Numbered from the stretch's first letter, positions 38,130 to 50,944 are shown. The stretch is DNA of 64,000 nt from Macrostomum lignano (GCA_002269645.1 NIVC01001873.1:62001-126000); one strand, 5' to 3'. The notes: generated from the sequence alone by a model not told the origin. Made by a program: numbers and translations.

Positions 38130-39090
38130 GTGGCGAGATGAAGGGGAGAGATTGGGAGAGACACGAAGGGAAACTGGGGAGATGAAGGGAGTAAGATAGG
38201 GAGAGACACGAAGGGAAACTGGGAAGATGAAGGGAGGAAGATAGGGAGAGACACGAAGGGAAACTGGGGAGATGAAGGAAGGAAGATAGGGAAAGACACG
38301 AAGGGAAACTGGGAAGATGAAGGGAGTAAGATAGGGAGAGACACGAAGGGAAACTGGGAAGATGAAGGGAGGAAGATAGGGAAAGACACGAAGGGAAACT
38401 GGGAAGATGAAGGGAGGAAGATAGGGAGAGACACGAAGGGAAACTGGGAAGATGAAGGGAGGAAGATAGGGAGAGACACGAAGGGAAACTGGGGAGATGA
38501 AGGAAGGAAGATAGGGAAAGACACGAAGGGAAACTGGGAAGATGAAGGGAGGAAGATAGGGAGAGACACGAAGGGAAACTGGGAAGATGAAGGGAGGAAG
38601 ATAGGGAGAGACACGAAGGGAAACTGGGAAGATGAAGGGAGGAAGATAGGGAGAGACACGAAGGGAAACTGGGAAGATGAAGGGAGGAAGATAGGGAGAG
38701 ACACGAAGGGAAACTGGGAAGATGAAGGGAGGAAGATAGGGAGAGACACGAAGGGAAACTGGGAAGATGAAGGGAGGAAGATAGGGAGAGACACGAAGGG
38801 AAACTGGGGAGATGAAGGGAGGAAGATAGGGAGAGACACGAAGGGAAACTGGGAAGATGAAGGAAGGAAGATAGGGAAAGACACGAAGGGAAACTGGGAA
38901 GATGAAGGGAGGAAGATAGGGAGAGACACGAAGGGAAACTGGGGAGATGAAGGGAGGAAGATAGGGAGAGACACGAAGGGAAACTAGGGAGACGAAGCGA
39001 GGGATATAGGGAGAGACACGAACGGAAACTGGGAAGATGAAGTGAGGAAGATAGGGAGAGACACGAAGGGAAACGTGGGAGATGAAGGGA
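38130..39090. repeat. Minisatellite, 45-bp unit (GGGAGAGACACGAAGGGAAACTGGGAAGATGAAGGGAGGAAGATA)
   Basis: About 21 copies. Confidence 0.96.
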
Positions 39091-39915
39091 GGAGCCAAAG
39101 AAATGCAGATGCATAGAGAAGGGACAAGTAAGAAATGTTAATCAGGTGAAGGAATGCAGACGAGGGGAGAAAAAGTGCAGGCAGGCGGCAAGGTGCAGAC
39201 GGTGCACTTTTGGCCAAACCTCACCTTTGTGCACTTGAAAAGCCAGGTATAATATAAAATATTCCACAGATCCCGTTGAATAGAAGATCTAGCTGATTTC
39301 CCAGACATTCTTAGCTAGTTCAGCCTCTCTTCCTCATGTCCCCTCGAAGCACTCTAAAGAGACACTGCATACTTAAGCTTCAGTCTCTGTTGTACTTTAA
39401 TTGAGTCAACAAGCTCTACTGCTGCCAACTACACAGCTCTATCCTATTGGAATTTATTATAAAAGAACACGAAAAAGGCCAAGAATACACCGCTATGTGT
39501 CTGCTCTGCCGTAGGCATTGAACACGTGCGAGTACATGCTTGGCGTGTCAACTATTCTGGGGAAGGCGGGGCGGGGGAGGCAGAGCTGAGCGCGCACTGA
39601 TAAGGGGCATCAGACGGCTCCCCCCCTGTAAGCCATGGCCGCCGGTTGTGCATGCGTTCCCACCTCCTCGCTCTCTGATAGGCTCTGCCCCTAGAAGAAG
39701 AAGCCAGCGAGATTCTATATTTCGGCTTCAACCGGAGAAAACACACACATTGGGCGCGCCTGTCTGCCCGAGAGAGAGAGACAGAGAGAGCATTCCAATT
39801 TGAAAAGAACAGAACAGGGCAGACTGAGACACAGCTGCTGGCTTCAATTCGCAAATCTCTGGGTCCCAATAAAGTTATGAGGAGCTGAACTTCATTCTTC
39901 TAATATTATTGCCAA

Positions 39916-40781
39916 ATGGCGTCAGCTACTCAGCCTCTGCTCTCCATCATTGCCAGCTGCTGCATTTTGCTTGTGTCCGGGGAACAGTCACCGCTAGCGG
40001 CGGCAGCGGCGGTCCAACGTGCGCCCTGTTCAACAGACCCGACGGGGCCTCCCAGCTGGACTGTCGGGCCGCGGCCACCGCAGCCTCGAGCAGCCGCGGC
40101 CGCCGGCACCTGTTTGTCGGCATTCGCCGTAGCGACCAGCTGCTGCACTGGGAGCTCAGCCCGCCGTTGCTAGGCAACCAGAGCGTTAACCGGCTGCCGG
40201 CTGGCGCCCTCGCCCCGCTGCAGGCCCACCTCCGCCCGGACGTGGCTCTCGTGCTGCGCCGGCTGAACCAGCCGAGTCCCCGCCTGGCCGCCCTGTCCGA
40301 CCTGCCCAGCCTGCGGCACCTGGTGCTGGCCGACTCGAATTTCACCTGCCTGCACGCCGGCCTGCTGGACTCGGCGCCTGGCCTGGCCAGCCTCAGCCTG
40401 CTGGACAACCGGCGGCTCGCCTGCCTGCAGCCGGGCGCCCTGGCCGGTCTTGGCCGGCTGCGCCGGTTCAGCGTGTCCGGCAGCCCCGCCCTGCTGCGCC
40501 TCGATCCGGCCGTCTTCTGCGGCCAACCGGCCACGCGGCTGTCCGAGCTCAGCCTCCAGCTGCCCGCCGGCTCCCGGCCGCCTGTAGCAGCGCTAATCCG
40601 CCTGTTTGGCCTCGTCGATCTCCGCCTGTCGACGAGTTCGACAACAACCGACGACGCCGCGGCCCTGGAGCTGCTGCCGAGCCTGGCCGGCTTCATCTGC
40701 AGCCTCTCCGGCGAGCGCCTTCGACGGCTCCGGTTAAACGGCCTGCCGGTGGTTGACCGACTGCTCGGCGAGCGGCTGCAG
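39916..40781 (+). CDS. LRR-containing single-pass membrane protein, exon 1 (1-nt frameshift at GGGG ~39978-39981)
   Basis: Signal-peptide-like MASATQPLLSIIASCCILLVSG; after a one-base shift, LRRs LRHLVLADSNFTCL, LASLSLLDNRRLACL and LRRFSVSGSPALLRL; donor CAG|GTGAGG. Confidence 0.75.
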
Positions 40782-41308
40782 GTGAGGATTGGAAACCTCT
40801 ACAAACCTCTCCGCGCCGAAGCCTGAGAGAATAACAAAACCCGTTCCCGCGGGCGCGCTCAGCGGGGCTGGCCATAGACTATCGCTGCCGTTTCCACACC
40901 CTGCCTTATAGCTGAGGCTTGGCTGTACATTATACACTGTTTGTGCATGTGCACGACGAAAATTGACCGGAGGATTGACGTGCAATTTATACCCATATGA
41001 GGGCCAGCCCCCAAGTCCACAGGGAGTGTACATGCCTGACGATTATACAGTCAGGACTCCTGTACAGTGTACACCCTGTGTGAGCGTGTGCATGAGTGCG
41101 TGCTTGCGTACAGTATTGGCGCGCTTGTATGTGCTCAGGGGTCAGCGAAATCGGCAGAATGGCCACAGCGCGTGTCATGAAACGATGTCTATGCAGACCA
41201 GTCTTGCTCGGCAGGAAGGAACTGAGCCTGTCTCACCCTTAGCCAAGGACTAATCTCATCTTTTTTCTTGAATTTTTCTGTTCTGGCTGACCCACTTATC
41301 AACTGCAG

Positions 41309-41857
41309 GCCTCCGTTGAGGACTTCTGCGGCGGCAACGGCGGCAGCGGCGGCGGCGCAGAGGCGGACAGCAGAAGCGGCAGCTGCGTCGCCTCCGACGG
41401 CGGCTGCTCCGACGGCTGTCCAGCGCGGCGACTATTGTCGATTCCGACGATGTCGCCTAAGGACGAACTGACTCAGACTCGGCCGCCTCAGCAGAAGCGC
41501 CAGCAGCCTCAACGGCTCGACTCAAAGCTTCAGGACGACCGTCGGCAAGACCGGCCGAACCTGCCTGGCACGGTGCTGCTCACCGCCAGCGCCTTCGTAG
41601 CCGGCATCGTCGTGTCGCTCTACTGCCTGCTGGCGATTCAACGAAGACGCCGATTGGCGAAGAAGCGGCGATGGAGGCGGCAGCGGCTCGGATGCGACCC
41701 GCCAGCACCGGTGCGAGGGGAAGCACCGGTTGAGTGCACCGGTGCTGGCGCGGAACCGGTGCAGTTAATTGGATTCGCGAGACGGGGCAGCTTCTCAGCG
41801 GTGAACCGGGTGGCCGCTGGGGATTCGCAGCTGCTGCTGGCTGTCCAGCGGCTGTAG
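41309..41857 (+). CDS. LRR membrane protein, exon 2 (TM helix and short cytoplasmic tail)
   Basis: Acceptor ACTGCAG|GCC in phase 0, stop-free; TM segment VLLTASAFVAGIVVSLYCLLAI followed by the stop-transfer QRRRRLAKKRR. Confidence 0.7.
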   Translation, partial: ASVEDFCGGNGGSGGGAEADSRSGSCVASDGGCSDGCPARRLLSIPTMSPKDELTQTRPPQQKRQQPQRLDSKLQDDRRQDRPNLPGTVLLTASAFVAGIVVSLYCLLAIQRRRRLAKKRRWRRQRLGCDPPAPVRGEAPVECTGAGAEPVQLIGFARRGSFSAVNRVAAGDSQLLLAVQRL

Positions 41858-41949
41858 AGGAAAGTTTTCTGCTCAACTTCCCCGTAGCAACCAGGGGAAC
41901 GAGCCTTGGATACGGCTGCTTCTCGGGTAGCTCTAGTTGGCATTGACTC

Positions 41950-42700
41950 TGGGGATTCCAGGGATCAAAACACTGATCCCAGCGGGGATTCTAGGGATCA
42001 AAACACTCTGATCCCAGTGGGGATTCTAGGGATCAAAAACTCCGATCCCAGTGGGGATTCTAGGGATCAAAACACTGATCCCAGTGGGGATTCTAGGGAT
42101 CAAAACACTGATCCCAGTGGGGATTAAGGATCAAAACACTGATCCCAGTGTGGATTCTAGGGATCCAAACACTGATCCCAGTGGGGATTAAGGATCAAAA
42201 CACTGATCCCAGTGGGGATTCTAGGGATCCAAACACTGATCCCAATTTGGGGATTCAAGGGATCAAAACACACTGATCCCAATTTGGGGATTCTAGGAAT
42301 CAAAACACATTAACCCCAATTTGGGGATTCAAGGGATAAAAACACTGATCCCAGTGGGGATTCTAGCTACGGATCCAAACACTGATCCCAATTTGGGGAT
42401 TCAAGCGATCAAAACTCTGCGATCCCAGTGGGGGTTCTAAGGATAAAAACACACTGATCCCAATTTGGGGATTCAAGGGATCAAAACTCTGCGATCCCAG
42501 TGGGGGTTCTAAGGATAAAAACACACTGATCCCAATTTGGGGATTCAAGGGATCAAAAATCTGCGATCCCAGTGGGGATTCCAGGGATCAAAACACTGAT
42601 CCCAATTTGGGGATTTTAGGGATCCAAACAATAATCCCAATTGGGGATTCTAGAGATCAAAATACTTATCCCAGTGGAGATTTTAGGGATCAAAACACTG
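41950..42700. repeat. Minisatellite, ~33-bp unit (GATCCCAGTGGGGATTCTAGGGATCAAAACACT)
   Basis: Visible tandem array. Confidence 0.92.
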
Positions 42701-43654
42701 CAGTGATGACGGAAATTTGCCTATAAAGCATTTCGACAGGCACCGTATCCAAGCTAAACACACCCCGTTGCTAGGAGGGCTTCCCTCGTTAGTTCCCAAG
42801 TTTTTAACTTATCTATATGAGCGAATGCTTAGCTTAATAATGAAAGAAATTATTGATGTACATACTTTATCAAAGACAAAAACCGATTGCTGCTTTTACA
42901 CTTTACCTAGCTGTTACCTCATTTGTTATACATGTAGCTGTAGGTAATAGTAGTACATATAGTGCAATAATTAATGTCATTACATCTTGTTTTCTTTGTC
43001 AATTTAGACTGGTTTACCGCTTCAATAAAATACCTGCTTGTGCGTCTGACTTTCAGTTGTAAAAAAACCTATATAATTATCCAGTTGTTTTACCACCTTC
43101 TTATCAGGTGATAATTGACCTCAGATAAGCCGCAGCTTATTGTTAGCATTATTTGTCGGCCATAAAAAACTTTCGTCAGTGCGTAAAACCTAAGTTTTAC
43201 GAGGCCCGCAATTTGAGTTCTAAAACAGATTGCGGCCAGATAAACTGATATCCATGTGAATTGCTCACTATAAAGGACACGTTCAAGCCAAAATAACAGT
43301 GCACGTGTGGCCTTCACATGCTCATAGGTACTACGCTCGTAAGACGCTTACTTAGCTTTTAAGGGCTATAAAATGCAGAGGTAGATAACGAAAAGCAAAA
43401 CCTGCCAATCAACAATCCAGCAGATAAGCCGAGCTCAATACTGCAATAAAACATTACGCATATCGAACACAATAGGGCACGGACGGACTATGTAGTAATT
43501 AAGTACCTTCAATGACAAGGTGTCGATTTGAAATCTGCATTTTTATGAAATGGAGATCGGGATCTACCTGCAATAATAATTATGTATATCCCGCTTGCGA
43601 TCTTAGGATCGAGGCCTAGAAGTGTTTTGACTTCAACTCTGCAACTATAGAATT

Positions 43655-45295
43655 GGAACTTCAGGCAGCTTTGGGATCGGGACTTCAAGCAGCTTTGGGA
43701 TCGGGACTTCAGGCAACTTTGTGATCGGGACTTCATACAGCTTTGGGATCGGGACTTCAGGCAGCTTTGGGATCGGGACTTCAGGCAGCTTTGGGATCGG
43801 GACTTCAGGCAACTTTGTGATCGGGACTTCAGGCAGCTTTGGGATCGGGACTTCATACAGCTTTGGGATCGGGACTTCAGGCAGCTTTGGGATCGGGACT
43901 TCAGGCAACTTTGGGATCGGGACTTCATACAGCTTTGGGATTGGGACTTCGGGCAGCTTTGGGATTGGGACTTCAGGCAGCTTTGGGATCGGGACTTCAG
44001 ACAGTTTTGGGATCGGGACTTCAGGCAACTTTGGGATCGGGACTTCAGGCAGCTTTGGGATCGGGACTTCAGGCAACTTTGGGATCGGGACTTCATACAG
44101 CTTTGGGATTGGGACTTCAGGCAACTTTGGGATTGGGACTTCAGGCAGCTTTGGGATCGAGACTTCAAGCAGCTTTGGGATCGAGACTTCAAGCAGCTTT
44201 GGGATCGGGACTTCAGGCAACTTTGGGATCGGGACTTCATACAGCTTTGGGATTGGGACTTCAGGCAACTTTGGGATTGGGACTTCAGGCAGCTTTGGGA
44301 TCGAGACTTCAAGCAGCTTTGGGATCGAGACTTCAAGCAGCTTTGGGATCGGGACTTCAGGCAACTTTGGGATCGGGACTTCATACAGCTTTGGGATTGG
44401 GACTTCAGGCAACTTTGGGATCGAGACTTCAAGCAGCTTTGGGATCGGGACTTCAGGCAACTTTGTGATCGGGACTTCAGGCAACTTTGGGATCGGGACT
44501 TCAGGCAACTTTGGGATCGGGACTTCAGGCAGCTTTGGGATCGGGACTTCAGGCAACTTTGGGATCGGGACTTCATACAGCTTTGGGATTGGGACATCAG
44601 GCAGCTTTGGGATTGGGACTTCAGGCAGCTTTGGGATCGGGACTTCAGGAAACTTTGGGATCGGGACTTCAGGCAGCTTTGGGATCGGGACTTCAGGCAA
44701 CTTCGGGATCGGGACTTCATACAGCTTTGGGATTGGGACATCAGGCAGCTTTGGGATCGGGACTTCATACAGCTTTGGGATCGGGACTTCAGGAAACTTT
44801 GGGATCGGGACTTCAGGCAACTTTGGGATCGAGACTTCAAGCAGCTTTGGGATCGGGACTTCATACAGCTTTGGGATTGGGACATCAGGCAGCTTTGGGA
44901 TTGGGACTTCAGACAGCTTTCGGATCGGGACTTCAGACAGCTTTGGGATCGGGACTTCAGACAGCTTGGGGATCGGGACTTCAGACAGCTTTGGGATCGG
45001 GACTTCAGACAGCTTTGGGATCGGGACTTCAGACAGCTTGGGGATCGGGACTTCAGAAAGCTTGGGGATCGGGACTTCAGACAGCTTGGGGATCGGGACT
45101 TCAGGCAGCTTTCGGATCGGGACTTCAGGCAGCTTGGGGATCGGGACTTCAGGCAGCTTTCGGATCGGGACTTCAGGCAGCTTGGGGATCGGGACTTCAG
45201 GCAGCTTTGGGATCGGGACTTCAGACAGCTTTGGGATCAGGACTTCAGACAGCTTTGGGATCGGGACTTCAGACAGCTTGGGGATCGGGACTTCA
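43655..45295. repeat. Minisatellite, 24-bp unit (GGGACTTCAGGCAGCTTTGGGATC)
   Basis: About 68 copies; generates spurious repetitive ORFs in several frames. Confidence 0.97.
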
Positions 45296-46074
45296 TGCAG
45301 CAAGGTCTAAAAATATGAAAGGCAAAGTGGCACGCAAAGCAAATTTGTAACACGGTGATAACTAATCTTTAACTGTGTTGCCAGCAAGCCAAGAAACAGG
45401 AGACAACAAATCCTCGGATATATAATTGAACCAATGTCACAGAAACTCAGGCGGCAGTTAATTAAACAAAAAGATATAAAACAGCTTTGACAGACACTTT
45501 GTAGCTTTCTTCAAATTTGGGAGCCTGTGAGCGCGGCGTCACTTTGAAGACGACGCAAAGTTAACAGAATAAATAAATAAATATATATATCCAATCGGTA
45601 ACATAGATTTGAAAATATTTATGAAAAACAGTATAATTATAGTTATATACGAAGGCCATCTCGGACAAAATTGTCCATTTAGGATTAAAACATACGTCAA
45701 GATGTCCCGCTTAACAAATTTAAGCATAGAAGAGATGGGAAAGCGGGCAAATAGAACTCTGTATTAAACAATTTATACTACTAAATAAGCCTATAGCAGT
45801 AGTAGTAGAGATCGTATATGAGGAGTGACTACTTTTTATTTTTATTTTTGGGAAATATGAGAACACAAAAAACTGAATAATGACAAAGTCGATTTTCTTT
45901 ATCTGTCCCAACAGATACTGCAATAACCAGGGCATGGGCCACTAAGTAGATTTGCGTGCAAGCTACTTGTAGTTCAGTAGAAAGTAGCAAATATACGTAT
46001 TTTAATTTATTTAAAAAAACAGAGTATCATTGGTTCTATTAACCCGGAATGGCATTGGGAGAGCCATTCAAAGA

Positions 46075-46345
46075 GGTCAAGGGGGTCAGCTGACCTCACT
46101 ATTGAAACAGATTTACTGGGGGGTCAAAGGGTCAGCTGTCCCCCTCCCTAGTGAAACAGATTTACTGGGGGGCCAAGGGGTCAGCTGTTCCCCTAGTGAA
46201 ACAGATTTACTGGGGGTCAAGGGGTCAGCTGCCCCCTAGTGAAACAGATTTACTGGGGGGTCAAGGGGTCAGCTGTCCCCTTAGTGAAACAGATTTACTA
46301 GGGGGTCAAGGGGTCAGCTGTCCCCCTAGTGAAACAGATTTACCA
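46075..46345. repeat. Minisatellite, ~44-bp unit (GTGAAACAGATTTACTGGGGGTCAAGGGGTCAGCTG...)
   Basis: About 6 copies just downstream of the UBR stop codon. Confidence 0.9.
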
Positions 46346-46430
46346 ACAAGCCAATGCTAAAGAGGCCCATACAGTTAGTGGAGTACCCGTGATTTGTCCT
46401 CGGGACGATTGCCCTCCTTCTGTCCTCTAT

Positions 46431-46681
46431 TTAAACTTCAAAGAAATTTCCCGAGTGCGGATCGCGACCAGCTCTGGCGGCCAGCGAGTGGCGCAGCCAG
46501 TCCTCCTGCAGGCGGCTGTACATGGCGGAGCTCAGCTGCAGCGGCTGGCCCCGGCGAAGATATTCGTCGGTCTCGCCGTACCGATCAACGTAGGGAGCGC
46601 TGGAGATGCAGCCCAGGCGGTTGGGGGCCGACACCAGCAGCAGGGTGCAGTCTAGCACGCGAAGGAACACGCCGGTGCCGC
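46431..46681 (-). CDS. UBR1: UBR1/UBR2 E3 ligase, terminal exon
   Basis: GGTGVFLRVLDC...APYVDRYGETDEYLRRGQPLQLS is the conserved UBR1/2 C-terminus; acceptor CCCGCAG|GC. Confidence 0.9.
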
Positions 46682-47332
46682 CTGCGGGAGAGTCCAGATG
46701 GGCTTTTATTGATGAAGGCAGCTTAGCTTCGCGTTCGGGATCAAGAATATCGATCTTTAAAGTAGGGAACAGATTCTCAATACGGGATTTTGAACTAATC
46801 TGCAACACCCTATTTGAAGGACTGCGTAAGTGAGGATTCTCAAACTCAGTCACACACCAATCCCTAGGATGCAGGGTGAATGCTAGATAAAGAGTCCAGC
46901 TCATGACTGCGGGCCAGATGAGAGAGGAAAGGAAAAAGATGAGAGATGACATGAGAAAAAGAAGACTCAAATCTATATGAGATTTATGTAGAGCTTAAAC
47001 AAGGGCCGCATGTGAACTCAGGGAGATGTGCAATGGTCATTGCCTTCTTCCAGAGACATATTTCACTACACCGTGGTTGCTCTCCCATCTGCCCCTTTTG
47101 CGATCTAGAAGAGGGCGGGCGCATCACGGCCTCGCGGCCTATTCGCGGCGCTCTGCTCCCCCGTCAGTAGTAAGTAAACAAGTAGTATGTGGCCCCGTGG
47201 ACCTTATGGAAGCAAATGGGGTTTCAGGAGACAAGCTCAAAATTTGGGATTTTTTAGGAAGCACACTCCGATCCCCAAAAGCTAGGATTCTAGGAATCAG
47301 CGAATTATAACAGCTAGCCTTAGTCAGCTCAC

Positions 47333-47987
47333 CTGTGCACATAACGGCGTGCAGATTGGCTCCGCCGATAGCGCGATCGCCGTTGAACACAGGCATCTGG
47401 CAGCAGTTGGAGTTGCTGCACACCAGCTTGCCGCAGGCCAGGCACTTGGCCGGCTGGAGACTTCGGCCGGCCGGGCCCGGGCCAGCGCCGGACGGGCACT
47501 GGAAGTCGCTGCACTCCAGCAGCAGGTCGGTATAGTCGGTAGGCAAGCTGACCAGCCGGGCCGCCTGCCTGGGATACCTGACAGCCGGGCTGGCAGCTCT
47601 GGCCTGCAGCCTGGCAGAGTCTTGGCACCACAGGGACACCAGCTGCTCTGTGGGCAGGTCGCACGGCCGGCGGGGCAGCTGCAGCAGGCCGGCCAGCCAG
47701 GCGAACTCCGCCTCGGCCGAGGACGCAGGCTCCGGCTCCGACGGCGCCGGGGCGTCGGTCAGGGCGCGATAGAAAATGGCGGCGCAACGGAGCAGCGGCA
47801 GGCAGGCGGCGGCGACTTGATCGGCCAGGCCGGGGCCGGACAAGGCGGCTGGCGGCAGGCCGACGGCGCTGCGGCACTGGCGGACCAGCCGGTCGAGTTT
47901 CCGACAGTCGCTGTCGTCTCCAGAGGCGTCGGCATCGGAGTCGGCGTTAGTGGAAGCGTCGGGATCGCTCGGCAAGGTGAGGCAGAT
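47333..47987 (-). CDS. UBR1: UBR1/UBR2 E3 ligase exon (C-terminal Cys-rich region)
   Basis: LLRCAAIFYRAL...LVSLPTDYTDLL...PAKCLACGKLVCSNSNCC...GGANLHAVMC; splice sites CGGCAG|ATC and G|GTGAGC. Confidence 0.9.
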
Positions 47988-48059
47988 CTGCCGGGGTTGG
48001 TTGGGACGGCGGATATGAGGGAGTTCTGCTATAAGAAATCGAAGTTTACCCTATCTAGG

Positions 48060-48800
48060 AATCAGGATTCCCTTACTTGAGACGGGGATTCCCCTACAAG
48101 AAATCGGGATTTCGCCTATAAGAAATGGGATTTCCCTACTAGAAATAGGTATCCCCTACTATAAATGGGGATTTCCCTACTAGAATTCGGGATTCCCCGA
48201 CTAGAAATCGGATTTTCCCCTACTAGAAATAGGGTCTCCCTACTAGAAATCGAGATTTCCCTACAAGAAATCGGGATTTCCCTACAAGAAATCGGGATAT
48301 CCCCTATTAGAAATCGGGATTCCCCTACTAGAAATAGGGATTTTCCTTCTATGAAACGGGATTCCCCTACTAAGAATCGGGATTTTCCTTCTATAAAACG
48401 GGATTCCCCTACTAAGAATCGGGATTTTCTTCTATGAATCGGGATTCCCCTACTAAGAATCGGGATTTTACTTTTATGAATCGGGATTCCCCTACTAAGA
48501 ATCGGGATTTTACTTTTATGAATCGGGATTCCCCTACTAAGAATCGGGATTTTACTTTTATGAAACGGGATTCCCCTACTAAGAATCGGGATTTTCTTCT
48601 ATGAATCGGGATTCCCCTACTAAGAATCGGGATTTTACTTTTATGAATCGGGATTCCCCAACTAGGAATCGGGATTTTCCTTCTTTGAATCGGGATTCCC
48701 CAACTAGGAATCGGGATTTTCCTTCTTTGAATCGGGATTCCCCAACTAGGAATCGGGATTTTCCTTCTTTGAATCGGGATTCCCCAACTAGGAATCGGGA
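48060..48800. repeat. Intronic minisatellite, 21/42-bp unit (AATCGGGATTCCCCTACTAAG)
   Basis: Visible tandem array. Confidence 0.92.
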
Positions 48801-48849
48801 TTCATGGTTTCTCCTATCGGATATTGAGGAATTTCAATCAAATACAAAC

Positions 48850-49308
48850 CTGAAAAACGTGCGCCCCGGCAACCAGGCGAATCAGGCGACACAGATCGGC
48901 ATCCGAGCAGTCGGGCGGCTGCCCGGCCATGCGGTACAGGCAGTAGGTGAGCTGCACCAGACAGGTGGACATGTCCGCCTCTAGCAGACAGGGCAGAGGC
49001 AGATTGGGACGCTGGAGATGCAGCAGCAGGCTCAGGTTATTAATAGCCAGCTGATGCAACCGGTCGAAATCCGAGTCCGAAGCGACCGGCCGCTGAGCCA
49101 CTGCGCGGACGAGGGCGGCCAGGCCGACCGCGCATCGCTCCGGCAGGGCGGAGAACAGCGGCCGCTCCGTGGCCCGGCCGGCAGTCTCGGCCGCCTGCAG
49201 GCTAAATGCCACCGTCAGGAGCAGCGGGTCGGCTTTTTCTGGCAGCTTCCAGCCTGTCGGCATCAGCTCAGGCGGCAGGTCGGCGCCCAGACCGCGAACC
49301 TCGCACAC
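48850..49308 (-). CDS. UBR1: UBR1/UBR2 E3 ligase exon
   Basis: Phase-0 exon between CCCAG|GTG and CAG|GTTTGT; ...PCLLEADMSTCLVQL... Confidence 0.8.
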
Positions 49309-49489
49309 CTGGGTATAACAAATTAATATTTGCAGAAGGCTTCTGAAGCCAGCGCTGAGGCGAGTCTGCCTGACCCCGATGAATACGGTAACAGCAGAGT
49401 CGTTGCAGGTAACACACAGGTAAAAATAGGAAAGAAGTGACTCTAGACGACTTGAAACCAACGATATATGACGGTAATAATATAATAAT

Positions 49490-49778
49490 TTTTTAAACCT
49501 GCCTTAATAGGGCCAGATGAGCAACCGACAGCTCAGCCGCAGCTATTGCGCGGCGCATCTGAAGGCTGCGTACGGCTGTTCAGTCCAAGGACTGGGGGGT
49601 CGCCACACACCCTCAATTACCCCAGCTAATGCTGGCACCCATTTTACAGCTGGGTGAACTGAAGCAATGCAGAGTTAAGTGTCTTGCTCAAGGACACAAA
49701 TTGTTCCAGTGGGAACGAGAATCGAACCCCGGACCTTTCAGTCGTGAGTCCGATGCTCTGACCACTAGGCTACAACCC
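49490..49778 (-). mobile_element. tRNA-derived SINE with CORE-like domain
   Basis: Minus strand: A box TAGCCTAGTGG and B box GGTTCGATTC, then TGTGTCCTTGAGCAAGACACTTAACTCTGCATTGCTTCAGTTCACCCAGCTGTAAAATGGG, resembling the MIR/CORE consensus. Confidence 0.75.
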
Positions 49779-50223
49779 CATAATCACGGTATAAGTCGCC
49801 AAAGAGTCGCCTAACAGTCAATTTGAAAGGTATTATTGTCCGCGACTTCAAAACGACTCTGAGGCCGTAGAGCCGTACCTGAGGCGTGCTGGGGTCGCTG
49901 CAGAATCACCGACTTGCGTCTAAAGCGCATCTGCGTCACTTGATGAATTAGAATCGCATTCATTTCGCATCTAAAACAATTCTATTTAGATAGAAAGTCA
50001 ATCGCTCTTAGACTCTTCCGACGACTTTTAAGCGACTCTTTTACGATTCTGCAACTCACGTGAGCCGCTCGTGACTCTTGATTGCATTTTCAACGCTTGA
50101 GTCGCCAGGCATGTACACTCCCTGTGCCTTGGGTGGGGGCTGTCCCTCTTTCATATGAGTGTGAATCGCAAGCCCCACATAAATGTGGCCTCACAAATCA
50201 TATCGAACCCAACTCGCGCATAC

Positions 50224-50819
50224 CTTGGCCAAATTGTTCAGCGCCTGCGCAGCTTCGGCGCCGGGCCAGGAGTTGTCGTCGTGATTTTTTCTAAAAGCGA
50301 CAACTCTAGACTCGGCGGCGGCTTGCGGCGGCCATTTTGGCAGGCCGGCTGCGACCCCGTCCCGGATGCTTGACAGCCAGCTGTCGAAGCGGCCGCTGTC
50401 AGCGTTGGCATCGAACTGGTGCTGCTGCTGCTGCTCAGCTGAACACGGCAGGCTGGGGGCAACAGGCAGGGCGCAGTTGCACAGCTGCTGGCACAGAGGG
50501 CACAGGTAGCGGCTGCGGCCGAGCTCGCCGCCCCGGTTCACGTGCACATTAGACGGCGAGTCCATGAAGTCCGAATAGCAGGACCGGTGCATGGCGTGGC
50601 CGCACGACGAGAAATGCGAGCCTTCCAATAGTTCGGCCTCGACAAAGCAGCCGGACCAGTCGGTGTCGCGGGACCGGCCTCGGTCCTGGCTGAGCACGGT
50701 GGAGCGCTGCACCAGTCCGGCTAGAAGCATGGGGTCCCTGGAGTCGGGCCGGTTGGCCTCCTGGCACAGCAGGCAGGTCAGGCCCGGCTGCGGCTCGTGC
50801 GCCACCGTGCGATTGGGGC
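50224..50819 (-). CDS. UBR1: UBR1/UBR2 E3 ligase exon (RING-H2 domain)
   Basis: TCLLCQE...LVQRSTVLS...SSCGHAMHRSCY...YLCPLCQQLCNCALP; in-phase splice sites. Confidence 0.93.
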
Positions 50820-50944
50820 CTGCGAAGATTGGGGTGGGGGAGGATGGTTTTGATTAATTTGCTATCTGCGCTACTATAAGTAGGCGATGGCCTAGCAATT
50901 TTTAATTTAGGTAATTTCGACTAGTAAATGTGAAATACCAGTTG

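Noticed and set aside
37888-39114. 300-400 aa repeat ORFs in three frames
   Set aside because: 45-bp satellite
43509-45350. PEVPIPKL / GIGTSGSF repeat ORFs resembling PELPK-like or ice-nucleation-like proteins
   Set aside because: 24-bp satellite open in four frames; variation is not restricted to synonymous positions
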